A stretch of DNA of 64,000 nucleotides from Obrimoposthia wandeli (Eukaryota): NCBI GenBank assembly GCA_977020255.1, contig CDROCS010004457.1, positions 1 through 64,000 on the forward strand, written 5' to 3'. Shown one piece after another: positions 1 to 11,006 of this stretch. The stretch's first letter is position 1. Each line of letters starts with the position of its first letter. The notes beneath the pieces were generated by a model. The model did not search any database. It was not told the origin of the DNA and saw nothing but the letters and a program-made list of their open reading frames with translations. A program made the translations under genes and the position numbers.

Positions 1-1410
1 AATGCTTTTCACGTATTGCTTAAAGCGCATCGCCCTGGCGGCTCAGGGAAAAAACGCAAACAAAAGCAAACTTTCTTATCGATTTATTTTATGCACTGGT
101 CAGTTATCCCATTTCCGGTCGCAACTTATTGGCGAACAACAGCACAATGGCTGAGCGCGAGCGTTTTCCCCCGGTGACACAGCCATTGGCGTATTCGGCA
201 AAGGCGAATATTCTTTTAAAGGTAATGGCTATGTGCGTGGCGGAATTTTTGATCGCACCCAGTTACAACAAGATGGCAAGGCGATCAGTTTTCACGATAG
301 CGACATATCGCTTACGATGCTACATTGAAGGTTTTCTCCAGGCTTCCCCTTCGAATGGCCATTTTCATCGCATGCACAGTACGGAAGTTTGATTTTGGGC
401 TCTCCTTTGGCAGTTAGAGTTACTGGTGTGCCGCCAAATAGGCGCCGGTGATAGTATTTTCACTAGCTTTACGGTGATTACTTACCCACCGAACAGTACA
501 TCGATAGAATCTTGATCCAGCACAGAAAGCCTGAGCCAACGCTCTTTGTGGGTAACCGTTTGGGAGCAAAAGAGTTTTCAAATTGTGCTGTGCTTAGCGT
601 GAAGCCCTTGCTTCTATTCACTCATTATTTTTTTATTCAAGACGTGTTAGTGCGCTATCCTAAATTGATGCATGGTTTACGCCAAGGCTACCTTAGTATT
701 TACCGTGGTTTTATTGGTTGGTATTCTCTAGGGCAGCTATCAGTGGTCAATGTCTTACCTTTGTGCACGCTTTCTTTCCAAGGTAACTTTCAGGATTTAT
801 TTTTACTGATCCAGTGTTATTTATCCTTTGGGGGCTTTGTTGGTGATGACAATGCTGCTTTGGGGAAGAGGTATTTTCTGTGTGGCTGGTTAGTTCTTCT
901 TGGTGTACATAAGAGCTAATCAATGAACTGGCAAGGCGCCCTAAAAATTAAACAGTATGAGATTCCTTTCGCTGTTCACGAACGCCTTTGGGCAATCATA
1001 GACGAGCACTATTTGCGATCTCTAGAGTCACTTTCAGTTGAACGCTGTCCAGACAACTTTAAACCACTTTTCTATTAAAATTTCAGCGCGCGAATGGGGC
1101 TATGTGTTCTACGCGGCCATACTACTTGTGATCAATATTTTCACGCGAAAGTGTACTGCCGTTATATTTGCCTTACCTAAGCGGCACTGCACTCCTGCTC
1201 GCTTACGCTTGTTTGATTGGCTCAAGCGTCGCAAAGAGTGCGGTCACCCAAAGTGTGCGAACGAATGTGAACAAGGATTCATCTGACGGCACTATCAATG
1301 CGAACGAATGCCATCAGTGCCTAGATTGCCAGTTACCTATTATCGACAAGACAAGTGCCCACCTTTAGTGGTGGCAAAACGCAAACGAGATAAACAAGCG
1401 ACTGCTTAAA
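1..1410 (+). pseudogene. nosR: NosR-type flavoprotein/Fe-S membrane protein, 3' part, multiply frameshifted (5' part outside window; end approximate)
   Basis: NosR peptides recovered across several frames: GKGEYSFKGNGYVRGGIFDR (~195-260), SPWQLELLV..SIFTSF (~400-470), QDVLVRYP..GWYSLGQLSVVNVL, REWGYVFYAAILLV, RLFDWLKRRKECG, NECHQCLDC, CPPLV. Lies directly upstream of nosZ. Confidence 0.9.
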
Positions 1411-1487
1411 AACAAAGAAATAGACATTCTAGATGTCACTAATGAGGCACCAAAAGCGCGCTTGCCAATGCAAATTGGAGAACCAAG

Positions 1488-3379
1488 ATGATTGACCCTA
1501 ATGATAAAGATTTACCAAAAATAAGACCAACATGCGAGTGAGCATGTTAAAGTAAGCCGCCGCTTATTCTTAGGGGGATCGGCATGAATGGCGCTGCACC
1601 TACCGGTGGAGGCAACTTTTAGGTGGAGCGTTAACACCAAGTGTTGCTCAGGCTTCGTCCTGCAGCTGCTATAGCTCCTGGTGAGCTTGATGAGTACTAC
1701 GGTTTTTGGAGTGGCGGCCACTCAGGTGAAGTACGTATTCTTGGCTTGCCTTCAATGCGCGAACTTTCGCGTATACCGGTATTTAATGTCGACAGTGCAA
1801 CAGGCTGGGGCATTACTAATGAAAGTAAAGCGATACTGGGCGAAAATGCCTACTTAAATGGCGATTGTCACCATCCGCATATGTCGATGAAAGATGGTCA
1901 TTACGACGGAAAATATGTTTTTATCAACGATAAAGCTAATGCCGACTCGCGTACGTGCATGCGAAGCAGGATATCATGAAAACCGATAAAATCACCACAA
2001 TCCCAAATTGCCAAGCTATTCACGGTTTAAGAGTACAAAAAGTACCTTACACTAAGTATGTCTTTGCTAACGCAGAGTTCCGTATCCCTCATCCGAATAA
2101 TGGCTTGAACATGGATGATATCGCGGGCTACTACACTCTATTTAATGCCATTGATGCTGAATCTATGGATGTTTCGTGGCAGGTTATTGTCGATGGTAAC
2201 TTAGATAACACTGATGCTGATTATACAGGTAAGTACGCATTCTCTACTGCCTATAACTCAGAAGGTGCGGTTGATCTTGCCGGTACTATGCGCGCAGAGC
2301 GTGATCACTTAGTCGTGTTTAATATTGCTTTAATAGAGGCTGCGGTTAAAGCTGGTGATTTCATTAAACTACCAGGTTCTGATGTGCCAGTGCTTAATGG
2401 TCGTAAAGGCTCTAAGTTAACGCGCTATATCCCAGTACCTAAAAACCCGCATGGGATCAACACTGCGCCAGGTGGTAAATATGCAGTCGCTAATGGTAAG
2501 TTATCACCAACGGTTACAGTGTTTGAACTTGCCAAATTTGACGACCTATTTGCCGACACAATCAAGCCTAGAGATACTTAGTGCTGAAGGGAGCTAGATT
2601 AGGCCTGTTTTACACACCGCCTTTGACGGCAAAGGCAATGCCTTTACAACGCTGTTTATCGATAGCCAAGTATGTAAGTGGAATATCGAAAAAGCCATTC
2701 AAGCTTATCAAGGCAAGGAAGTGGATTACATCTTACAAAAATTGGATGTTCACTACCAACCAGGTCACAACCATACTACTATGGGCGAGACTCGTGATGC
2801 AGACGGCAATGTCTCTTTGCAAAAATTTTCAAAGATAGATTCTTACAGTGTGGTCCATTACATCCAGAAAACGATCAGCTAATTGACATTTCAGGTGATC
2901 AAATGAAGCTGATCCACGATGGCCCAGCTTACGCCGAACCCCATGATTGCATGATGGTGCATCGCTCTATGGTGAAAACACGCAAAATATACGATCGTAA
3001 AGATCCTACCTTTGCTGCCACTATTGCGATGGCAAAAGCGGATGGTGTTACCGTGCACACTGATAACAAAGTAATCCGTGACGGCAATAAAGTGCGTGTA
3101 TATATGACGTCTATTGCCCCTGTTTATGGCATTACTGAGTTCAATGTTAAATTAGGCGATGAAGTAACTGTTGTTGTTACTAACTTAGATCAAATTGAAG
3201 ATGTAACACACGGTTTCTGTATGGTTAACCATGGTGTGCAGATGGAAATCAGCCCACAGCAGACCGCTTCTGTTACTTTCAAAGCCGATAAGTTAGGCGT
3301 TCAATGGTATTACTGCAATTGGTTCTGTCATGCACTACACATGGAAATGCGTGGACGTATGTTGGTTGAGCCCGCTTAA
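1488..3379 (+). pseudogene. nosZ: Nitrous-oxide reductase, clade I (Tat signal); frameshifted in this sequence
   Basis: GGAG RBS then ATG at 1488. Tat motif SRRLFL at 1555-1572. Fragments: [46 protein letters not shown] and CuA motif [12 protein letters not shown]. Split over ORFs 1641-1979, 1955-2581, ~2581-2900 and 2903-3379. Confidence 0.95.
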
Positions 3380-3413
3380 AACTGCTGGCATTTTCAGGTA
3401 GAAATAGGTAGCT

Positions 3414-3450
3414 GGCGCCGCGAATTTTATTTGCGGCGCCTTTTTCTTTT
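3414..3450 (+). terminator. Rho-independent terminator/attenuator between nosZ and nosD
   Basis: GGCGCCGC-gaattttattt-GCGGCGCC followed by TTTTTCTTTT. Confidence 0.75.
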
Positions 3451-3465
3451 AAACAGAGGTAAGTT

Positions 3466-4836
3466 ATGAAGACTTTTCATCTTTACGGCAATGTCTTTAC
3501 ACGCTTATTGCGCTCGCCTATCACTTTTTTTTCAATACTACTGTTCAGTGCGTTTACGCAGGCAGCAAGTATTCAAGTTTCGCCCGCTGACAACCTGCAA
3601 GCGGTATTAGACGCAAGCAAAGCAGGTGATGAGATCATTTTGCAAAAAGGCCTTTATCAAGGTAACTTTAGCTTGGCAAAAAGCGTGCACTTACGTCCCG
3701 AAAAAGATGCACTAAAACAAGTAGTAATCGATGCACAAGGCAGTGGCCACGCTCTACAGGTGCTCGCCGAGAATACAATAGTAGAAGGCTTGCGCATTAT
3801 TAACTGGGGAGATGATTTAACCGATCAAGATGCGGGAATCTACATCGCAAAAAAAGCCACTGGCGCTGTCGTACAAAACAACAGCTTGCAAGGCGGTGGG
3901 TTTGGCATCTGGGTTGATGCAACTAAAGATATACAAATATCAAACAACAAAGTACAAGGTGATACTGCAATACGCTCCACCGATAGAGGTAATGGCATCC
4001 ACTTATTTAATGTCACTGGCGCCAAAGTACAAGGCAATGAAATTTGGCACACCCGAGATGGTATTTATATAGATACAAGTAACAATAATTCCCTTTTAGA
4101 TAATAGAATTCACGATCTGCGCTACGGTATACATTACATGTACTCGTACAATAATTTGCTGCAGGGCAACCACACCGAAAATACCCGTACTGGTTATGCA
4201 CTCATGCAATCTAAGTTTCTTACGGTGCTTGACAACCATTCAAAAAACGATGCTAACTATGGCATTTTGATGAACTACATCACCAACTCTAAATTGCGTA
4301 ATAATCATATTAGCGGTATTCAAAATAAGCGTAATCCACATATGCAAAAATTAAGCAGCACCATGAGCCGCCGAAAAGGGCTGGAAGGCAAGGCGCTGTT
4401 CATCTACAACTCGCTATTCAATGAATTCATTGATAACAATTTCCAAAGTAGCGATATTGGCATTCATTTAACAGCGGGATCTGAAAACAATCAGCTTAGT
4501 GGCAATAATTTTATCAATAACAAAACCCAAGTTAAGTACGTGTCGACAAGAGCGCAAGATTGGACAGGGAATTATTGGAGTGACTATTTAGGCTGGGATA
4601 TGAATGCAGATGGCATCGGCGACATCAAATACGAACCTAACGATAGTGTCGATCGCTTACTTTGGAAATTCCCAAGCGCAAAATTATTACTGAATAGTCC
4701 CGCAATCGAAACGCTGCGCTGGGTACAACGTCAGTTTCCGGTATTGAAAGGCTCTGGCGTTATCGATAGCCAACCTTTGATCAAGCCACGAACAGACTTG
4801 AGTGCAGCGCAAAAAATAGCCCTGAGTAATCCTTAG
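3466..4836 (+). CDS. nosD: NosD periplasmic maturation protein
   Basis: Beta-helix repeats, DRGNGIHLFN, RDGIYI, LRYGIHYMYS, GNYWSDYLGWD; follows nosZ. Confidence 0.95.
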   Translation: MKTFHLYGNVFTRLLRSPITFFSILLFSAFTQAASIQVSPADNLQAVLDASKAGDEIILQKGLYQGNFSLAKSVHLRPEKDALKQVVIDAQGSGHALQVLAENTIVEGLRIINWGDDLTDQDAGIYIAKKATGAVVQNNSLQGGGFGIWVDATKDIQISNNKVQGDTAIRSTDRGNGIHLFNVTGAKVQGNEIWHTRDGIYIDTSNNNSLLDNRIHDLRYGIHYMYSYNNLLQGNHTENTRTGYALMQSKFLTVLDNHSKNDANYGILMNYITNSKLRNNHISGIQNKRNPHMQKLSSTMSRRKGLEGKALFIYNSLFNEFIDNNFQSSDIGIHLTAGSENNQLSGNNFINNKTQVKYVSTRAQDWTGNYWSDYLGWDMNADGIGDIKYEPNDSVDRLLWKFPSAKLLLNSPAIETLRWVQRQFPVLKGSGVIDSQPLIKPRTDLSAAQKIALSNP

Positions 4837-4966
4837 GACGCAGTTTTGAGCAAAGTGATAAAAGATAGCTTCAGAAAATGACAGATGAGCGCAAAGAATA
4901 ATTAACTGCTCAGTACCTACCTAAGAAGTTAACTACTAAGCAAAAGCCCGGCAGCAAGGAACCGCC

Positions 4967-5926
4967 ATGAGTATTGTAGAATTAAAGCAAGTTGAAAAAA
5001 AGTATCAAAATGTACATGCCCTACAAGCATTAGACTTGAGCTTGCAACCTGGGCAAGTGTTTGGTTTGTTTGGCCACAATGGCGCCGGTAAAACTACCGT
5101 GATTAAGCTTATCCTTGGCTTAATCGAAGCTAGCAGTGGTCAAGTAACTGTCTTTGGTGAAAGCCCTACCCAAGCTAAAGCACAACACATCCGTGAAAAA
5201 TTAGGATTTTTACAAGAAAATGTCAGCTTTTATGACCAGTTAAGTGGCTTAGAAGTATTAGAGTATTTCGCGCAATTAAAAGGTATTCCCAAAAAGCAGT
5301 GCACAGCGCTACTTGAGCAAGTGGGTTTAATCCATGTATGTAAACGCCGAGTACACACTTACTCAAAAGGGATGCGCCAGCGCTTAGGCCTTGCACAAGC
5401 ATTATTAGGCAAGCCAAAACTACTCTTGTTAGATGAGCCAACCGTGGGGTTAGACCCTATTGCCACACGCGAGTTTTACCAATCTATTGACCAGCTTAAA
5501 AAAGATGGCTGCAGTATCGTACTTTGCTCTCATGTATTACCAGGCGTTGAAAGATATATTGATCGCGCGCTTATTTTAGGCAAAGGCAAACAGCTGGCAA
5601 CCGGCAGTATTAAAGAACTCAGAGAGCAAGCTCATTTACCTGCCACGATGCAACTGCACGGCATTGATGAACAAAGCTTACGCGCGCAGTTACAGCTAGC
5701 TATGCCTCAACTATTAGTGCAACTGCAACAAAATTTGCATCAACACAGTGATGGTAGTTTGAGCTTACAGGTACCCATGAGTGATAGAATGCAAGCGATT
5801 CGTCAGATCTCACAAATAGCAGATTTACAAAATCTAGATATCCACCTGCCTTCGTTAGAAGATTTATACGGTCACTTTATTTCAACGCATCTATCAAACA
5901 TTGGTAAACCTGAGGTAGCACTATGA
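4967..5926 (+). CDS. nosF: NosF ABC ATPase
   Basis: Walker A GHNGAGKT, signature YSKGMRQR, LLLDEPT; between nosD and nosY. Confidence 0.92.
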   Translation: MSIVELKQVEKKYQNVHALQALDLSLQPGQVFGLFGHNGAGKTTVIKLILGLIEASSGQVTVFGESPTQAKAQHIREKLGFLQENVSFYDQLSGLEVLEYFAQLKGIPKKQCTALLEQVGLIHVCKRRVHTYSKGMRQRLGLAQALLGKPKLLLLDEPTVGLDPIATREFYQSIDQLKKDGCSIVLCSHVLPGVERYIDRALILGKGKQLATGSIKELREQAHLPATMQLHGIDEQSLRAQLQLAMPQLLVQLQQNLHQHSDGSLSLQVPMSDRMQAIRQISQIADLQNLDIHLPSLEDLYGHFISTHLSNIGKPEVAL

Positions 5927-6750
5927 AAGCGATTATAACGGTTGCCAAAAAAGAGTTTCGCGATGGTTTACGCAACCGATGGGTACTCTCTATTTGTGTC
6001 ATCTTTGCCGTGCTGGCAATGGGCATCGCATACTTTGGCGCAGCGGCGGCAGGTAAAGTAGGTTTTACTTCTCTATCGACTACAATTGTCAGCTTAGCTA
6101 GTTTAGCGGTGTTTATCATCCCTTTAATTGCGCTGATGCTAGCGTATGACGGTATTGTTGGCGAAGACGAGAGCGGTACTTTGCTATTGTTGATGACTTA
6201 CCCTTTAACTCGCTGGCAGCTTTTATTAGGCAAAATGTTAGGCCAAGGCGCGGTGATGGCGTTTTCTACTACAATAGGTTTTGGCTCCTCTGCCATCATG
6301 ATTGGCTTATTTTCAGCGGATATCAGCTGGCAAGATTTGTTAGCACCCTACGCTATTTTTATTCTCTCATCGGTTTTATTAGGCTGGGTTTTCATCGCAA
6401 TCGCTTACGTTATTAGCGCAAGTGTTAATGAAAAATCCAAGGCGGCAGGGATCGCATTAATAGTGTGGTTCATCTTTGTCTTAGTTTTTGATTTAGGCCT
6501 ATTGGCAGTACTCGTGACTACTCAAGGGGATGTTAATGCCACGTTGTTTCCGTATTTACTGCTACTAAACCCCACTGATATTTTTCGCTTAGTCAATATT
6601 AGCTACTTTGCAGAACAGAACTTAAGCGGTTTAATGGCGATCGCCCAACAAACACAATTTAACCTATACAGCTTAATGTTAGGGCTAGTTGTTTGGCTAT
6701 TGGTACCAATGGGGCTGGCAATGCACATTTTTAATCGCCGAGGTTTATAA
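5923..6750 (+). CDS. nosY: NosY ABC permease
   Basis: Multi-TM; KKEFRDGLRNRW, GEDESGTLLLLMTYP, LLLNPTDIFR; overlaps nosF stop (ATGA). Confidence 0.92.
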   Translation: MKAIITVAKKEFRDGLRNRWVLSICVIFAVLAMGIAYFGAAAAGKVGFTSLSTTIVSLASLAVFIIPLIALMLAYDGIVGEDESGTLLLLMTYPLTRWQLLLGKMLGQGAVMAFSTTIGFGSSAIMIGLFSADISWQDLLAPYAIFILSSVLLGWVFIAIAYVISASVNEKSKAAGIALIVWFIFVLVFDLGLLAVLVTTQGDVNATLFPYLLLLNPTDIFRLVNISYFAEQNLSGLMAIAQQTQFNLYSLMLGLVVWLLVPMGLAMHIFNRRGL

Positions 6751-6751
6751 G

Positions 6752-7288
6752 ATGATTTTTAAAGTCAGTATGAATATAAAACTATGCTTGGCTATAATAC
6801 TGCTACCTTTGCTGATGGCTTGCAATGACAACGAGCAAACAGCAATGGTGCAGCGTGTTGTGGCGATTGAAAATAGTGATGAATGCCATTTATGTGGCAT
6901 GATAATCACCAATTTCCCCGGCCCTAAAGGCCAACTATATACAAAAGGCATCGAGGGGAACCTCAAATTTTGTTCTACCCGCGATATGTTCGCTTTTATT
7001 GTCGACCCTGAAAACCAGCACAACATTCAACAAGTGTTTGTGCACGATATGGCCATCACTCCTTGGGATCACCCTGATAACGAAACCTATGTTGACGCCA
7101 AAGAAGCTTTCTATGTCATCGGGCATAACAAGCAAGGTGCGATGGGCCCCACTTTAGCCAGTTTTGCCAAACGCTCAGATGCACAAGCCTTTACAGCGTT
7201 AGAAGGCGGCAAAGTATTCACCTTTGCTGAGATTGATTTAGCGACCTTAGTTGATATGACAGCACCCTCGCCTTCTAAGAAAGGCTGA
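6752..7288 (+). CDS. nosL: NosL copper chaperone lipoprotein
   Basis: Lipobox LLMAC, CHLCGMII..PGPKGQ, FCSTRDMFAF, GAMGPTL; start at ATG 6752 or 6770. Confidence 0.92.
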   Translation: MIFKVSMNIKLCLAIILLPLLMACNDNEQTAMVQRVVAIENSDECHLCGMIITNFPGPKGQLYTKGIEGNLKFCSTRDMFAFIVDPENQHNIQQVFVHDMAITPWDHPDNETYVDAKEAFYVIGHNKQGAMGPTLASFAKRSDAQAFTALEGGKVFTFAEIDLATLVDMTAPSPSKKG

Positions 7289-7389
7289 GGTTGCGCAAAA
7301 AAAAGGAGGGTTTGCTACTAAAAGCGGAAAACAGTTAAATTGTGTCTTATAACACGATAATGGGTAATACCTTGTTAAATACACTGCCA

Positions 7390-8127
7390 ATGTTTGATAG
7401 CCATTTTCATTTGATCGATCCACAATTTCCAATTGTCGCTAATAACGGTTACCTGCCAGAACCTTTTACTTATAGCGACTATTTACATAAAACGGCCGCT
7501 TATGACATTTGCGGAGGGGCTATTGTTTCTGGCTCTTTTCAAGGTTTCGACCAAAGCTACCTGCTGGATGCATTGGCAAAATTAGGACCTTCTTTTGTCG
7601 GTGTTACCCAACTTCCAGCCTCCGTGACAGACGACGACATCGTGCTGTTGAATAAAGCAGGTGTGCGCGCTATTCGCTTTAACCTAAAGCGAGGCGGCTC
7701 TGCAGATATTACTCATTTATCGACAATGGCTATGCGCGTACACGAAATTGCAGGCTGGCATATCGAGTTATATATTGATTCAACGGCCCTTTCGAGCTTA
7801 TACGAGACTCTTACCAAACTTCCTTCGGTGAGCATTGATCATCTAGGATTAAGCAAAGTAGGTTTCAAGCTGTTAACCAAATTAGCCGAAAAAGGCGTAC
7901 GCATTAAAGCAACAGGGTTTAGCAGAGTTGATTTTGCACTTAAAGAAGCGCTCAAAACGTTGTATTCAGCAAACCCAAAATCACTGATGTTCGGCACTGA
8001 TTTACCCTCCACTCGCGCACCTTCCCCTTATAGTGATGATGACTTTACCTTAGTGATAGATGCTTTAGGTTTAGATGCTGCTAAGGCCGTATTCAGTGAG
8101 AATGCCATTGAATTTTATTGTGTATAA
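7390..8127 (+). CDS. Amidohydrolase family (amidohydro_2-like) protein
   Basis: MFDSHFH metal motif, GVRAIRFN, IDHLG, MFGTDLP. Confidence 0.85.
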   Translation: MFDSHFHLIDPQFPIVANNGYLPEPFTYSDYLHKTAAYDICGGAIVSGSFQGFDQSYLLDALAKLGPSFVGVTQLPASVTDDDIVLLNKAGVRAIRFNLKRGGSADITHLSTMAMRVHEIAGWHIELYIDSTALSSLYETLTKLPSVSIDHLGLSKVGFKLLTKLAEKGVRIKATGFSRVDFALKEALKTLYSANPKSLMFGTDLPSTRAPSPYSDDDFTLVIDALGLDAAKAVFSENAIEFYCV

Positions 8128-8491
8128 TAGGTGGGACACAACTAGTAAGCCCTCAAAAAATAGTGTGTTGAACATTGCCTGCTCGCTAAATACTAACAAT
8201 CATTAAAATTGGCTGTTGTTTATTTCAGTAGGAACGCTATCGAGCTTTATACAAAGACCTTACCCACTATCTGTGTAGCTATTCCCTGCTATCTTTTTTT
8301 GTTTAAGCTTCCTTCATTACCGCTTACTATAATAGTTTACGGAAAATTTTCGCTACTACTGAGGGCTCTTCCATATAGCTCGTTTACTCTCTGAACATAC
8401 ATTTTTATTGCATCATTGAGTATTCGAAATAAACGCTGAGTATTTAACCTCCATCGTTATATAATTACTCTTAGTAACCTACCGCACACTA

Positions 8492-9538
8492 TTGGATTTT
8501 ACTTTGATTTTACGAGAGCGCATATTGAATAAACCAACCCGATCTCTTTGGTTAATCCAATTTGGTATTAGCCTCGCTGGCTTATTATTTGCGTTTAATG
8601 TTAGCGCCCAACAGCTCGAAAAACCACTCGATATTTTAGTGATTGAAAGCTATCACGCGCAATATGCATGGGATGCAAGCTATACGCGAGGCCTAAATAA
8701 AATACTGGGCGATAAGTACAGTCTCAAGTATTTTCAAATGGATACCAAGAGGTTGCCTAAAGCCCAGCATATGAAAAAGGCGCAGCAAGCCTGGCAAACT
8801 TATCTAGAGAACAAACCAAGGTTAGTTATTTTGGGAGATGACAACGCGCTTAAATATATGGGTCCAATGTTCGCAAACACAGACACTCCAGTAGTTTATC
8901 TCGGTATTAACGATAACCCTCGCCATTACATAAAGAAAAATAATAATACTACAGGCGTGCTAGAAAGACCTTTATTCAACCGTTCTATTGTAGAGTTGAA
9001 TAAAATAACACCCCTTAAAAACGTACTCATATTATTTGATAACAGCCCATCTGCACAAGCCGTACTCGAACGCAGCTTAAATTCCCAGCATTTGTTAAAG
9101 CGGCTAGGCATAACTATAAACATTAAACTTATACCTCATTATGCTAAGTGGCAACAAGCGGTTCTAAATGCCAAAATAGAGTGTTACGACGCTATTATAA
9201 TTGGTTTATACCATACTCTAGTCGATAACAATTCAGAACATGTCAGTGAGAATACCGTTATTCAATGGGCTTCTAAGCAAACACCTCTGCCCCTCTTTTC
9301 TTTTTGGGAGTTTTCCGTTGCTGCAGATAAAGCTATTGGTGGTTATGTCATCTTCGGCGAAGACCAGGGCGAGGAAGCCGCAAGGATTGTGCTAGAGATT
9401 TTCAACGGCACTACTCCGGTCAATATTTTTCCAAGAACAGCATTAAATGGACATTTGCTATTTAGCCGATCGCAATTAAAAAAGTGGTCTTTAAAATTGC
9501 CGGAAAGTATGAGTAAGTCAGCCACTTTGATTGATTAA
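8492..9538 (+). CDS. Orphan periplasmic substrate-binding protein (ABC_sub_bind-like)
   Basis: ILVIESYH, YFQMDTKR, VILGDDNAL, PVVYLGIN, QGEEAARIV; no transporter genes adjacent. Confidence 0.7.
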   Translation: MDFTLILRERILNKPTRSLWLIQFGISLAGLLFAFNVSAQQLEKPLDILVIESYHAQYAWDASYTRGLNKILGDKYSLKYFQMDTKRLPKAQHMKKAQQAWQTYLENKPRLVILGDDNALKYMGPMFANTDTPVVYLGINDNPRHYIKKNNNTTGVLERPLFNRSIVELNKITPLKNVLILFDNSPSAQAVLERSLNSQHLLKRLGITINIKLIPHYAKWQQAVLNAKIECYDAIIIGLYHTLVDNNSEHVSENTVIQWASKQTPLPLFSFWEFSVAADKAIGGYVIFGEDQGEEAARIVLEIFNGTTPVNIFPRTALNGHLLFSRSQLKKWSLKLPESMSKSATLID

Positions 9539-9692
9539 AATAATCGTTGTCCGGTTTAGCTTTTGTAACTCTGTTGAGTATAAACTTGTACTTACGGCGC
9601 TATCACCGCATTGCTTACTACCCAGCCTTACACAGGAATAATTGCGCTGGGTTTGTAGTTTTGTGTGGTGGGTATCTAAATGTTTGAGTTGT

Positions 9693-10391
9693 TTAAAGTG
9701 CCATTAAATAACCAATACTGCGTACTGTTTTGATGTAGCGATAAGGGGGCTGATCGTCTTTTAACTTTTTACGCAGTGTTGATATGCGCAAATCGATAGA
9801 CCGGTCAAGGCCATCAAACTCAAATCCACGAATTTCTAGATACAACTCATCACGCGTAATGATTTCCCCAGCACGACTAACCAGATATGCCAAAAGTTCA
9901 AATTCGCCGCTGGTCAAATTTAAAGCCTGCCCTTTTAAACTAGCACTGTAGCTATCTGGATCGATTTTAATATCTTGTATCGGTACATTAGGTGAGTAAC
10001 TACGCCGCAGTAGTGCCTCTATATGTGCAAGCAGCAAATGCGGGCGCACCGGTTTTTGTAAATAGTTATCAACGCCTAATTGCAAAGAGGCGGTGGCAAC
10101 CATGTCGTCATCTTTGGCTGTGAGCATCAATACGGGTATATCACTGGTTTTGCGCAAATAACGGCAAACATCTAAGCCATCTCGCCCAGGTAGCATAAGA
10201 TCTAACACGGCTAAATCAAAATGATGCTGGTCGAGCGCATCGCAAGCAATATTGCCATCATGGCACAAGTAAACTTGATAGCCCTCTTGCTGTAGAAACT
10301 CCTCTATCAATTTTGCTAAAGGTACGTCGTCTTCCACCAAGAGAATTCGTTTCACATTCATGGTTATTTCCACGCTTACAATTGCTGACAT
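9693..10391 (-). CDS. OmpR-family response regulator (RstA-like); start may be 10361
   Basis: ILLVEDD, LDLMLPGRDG, LMLTAK, winged helix DRSIDLRISTLRKKL..IKTVR. Confidence 0.92.
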   Translation of the reverse strand: MSAIVSVEITMNVKRILLVEDDVPLAKLIEEFLQQEGYQVYLCHDGNIACDALDQHHFDLAVLDLMLPGRDGLDVCRYLRKTSDIPVLMLTAKDDDMVATASLQLGVDNYLQKPVRPHLLLAHIEALLRRSYSPNVPIQDIKIDPDSYSASLKGQALNLTSGEFELLAYLVSRAGEIITRDELYLEIRGFEFDGLDRSIDLRISTLRKKLKDDQPPYRYIKTVRSIGYLMAL

Positions 10392-10493
10392 TTACTGACT
10401 ATCTTGCCACTGAAGTTTATTCAATCGACGCTTATCATGCTACGTATTCAAGGCATACGGATAAACCGTAGCGTCACTGGTTCAGGATAGAAA

Positions 10494-10871
10494 ATGTATA
10501 CTAAAACACAATTAGCATTAGCTACAAGCCTCTCTATGATAATTTTTGTGAGCGGCTGCGCCAACACCGCATCAGATTACACTCCTATAGTCGATGGCCC
10601 CAAAAATGCAGTTTTCAATAGTGATCTAGCCGCTTGTAAACAACTAGCCGAACAGCGTGAATATTTAAACGGTGATACTAAAACAGAAGCATTACTAGGA
10701 GCGGGCTTAGGTGCTTTAGCAGGCGCTAGCGGAAACGGTGGTGACATCCTTGCAGGAGCTCTTGTAGGAGGTACTATAGGCGCTGCTGGTAAAGCTTGGG
10801 ATGCGCGTGGCGATCGCAAGAACATTGTTATTAAATGCATGTCAGGACGCGGTCACCGAATCGTCGGTTGA
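10494..10871 (+). CDS. Glycine-zipper lipoprotein
   Basis: Lipobox FVSGC; GAGLGALAGA..GALVGGTIGAAG. Confidence 0.8.
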   Translation: MYTKTQLALATSLSMIIFVSGCANTASDYTPIVDGPKNAVFNSDLAACKQLAEQREYLNGDTKTEALLGAGLGALAGASGNGGDILAGALVGGTIGAAGKAWDARGDRKNIVIKCMSGRGHRIVG

Positions 10872-11006
10872 TCCTTTCCTATCAGTAGAGCATGTACAGT
10901 GCATAATTGGCCCTATCATCTTGGCGGATGTGTTATAAGATATGTTTTAGCCATTCATTTTAGCTTTAAAGCTAAAGATAACTCATTCAGATACTGGTGC
11001 TAAATT

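Noticed and set aside
129-1721. ORF-track ORFs 129-392, 512-919, 1038-1286, 1168-1368 and 1512-1721 as independent genes
   Set aside because: They are off-frame shadows or chimeric fragments of frameshifted nosR/nosZ.
8200-8400. Possible SBP remnant on the minus strand (ENFP*..QGIATQIVGKVF)
   Set aside because: Short, stop-ridden similarity; cannot be supported without a profile search.
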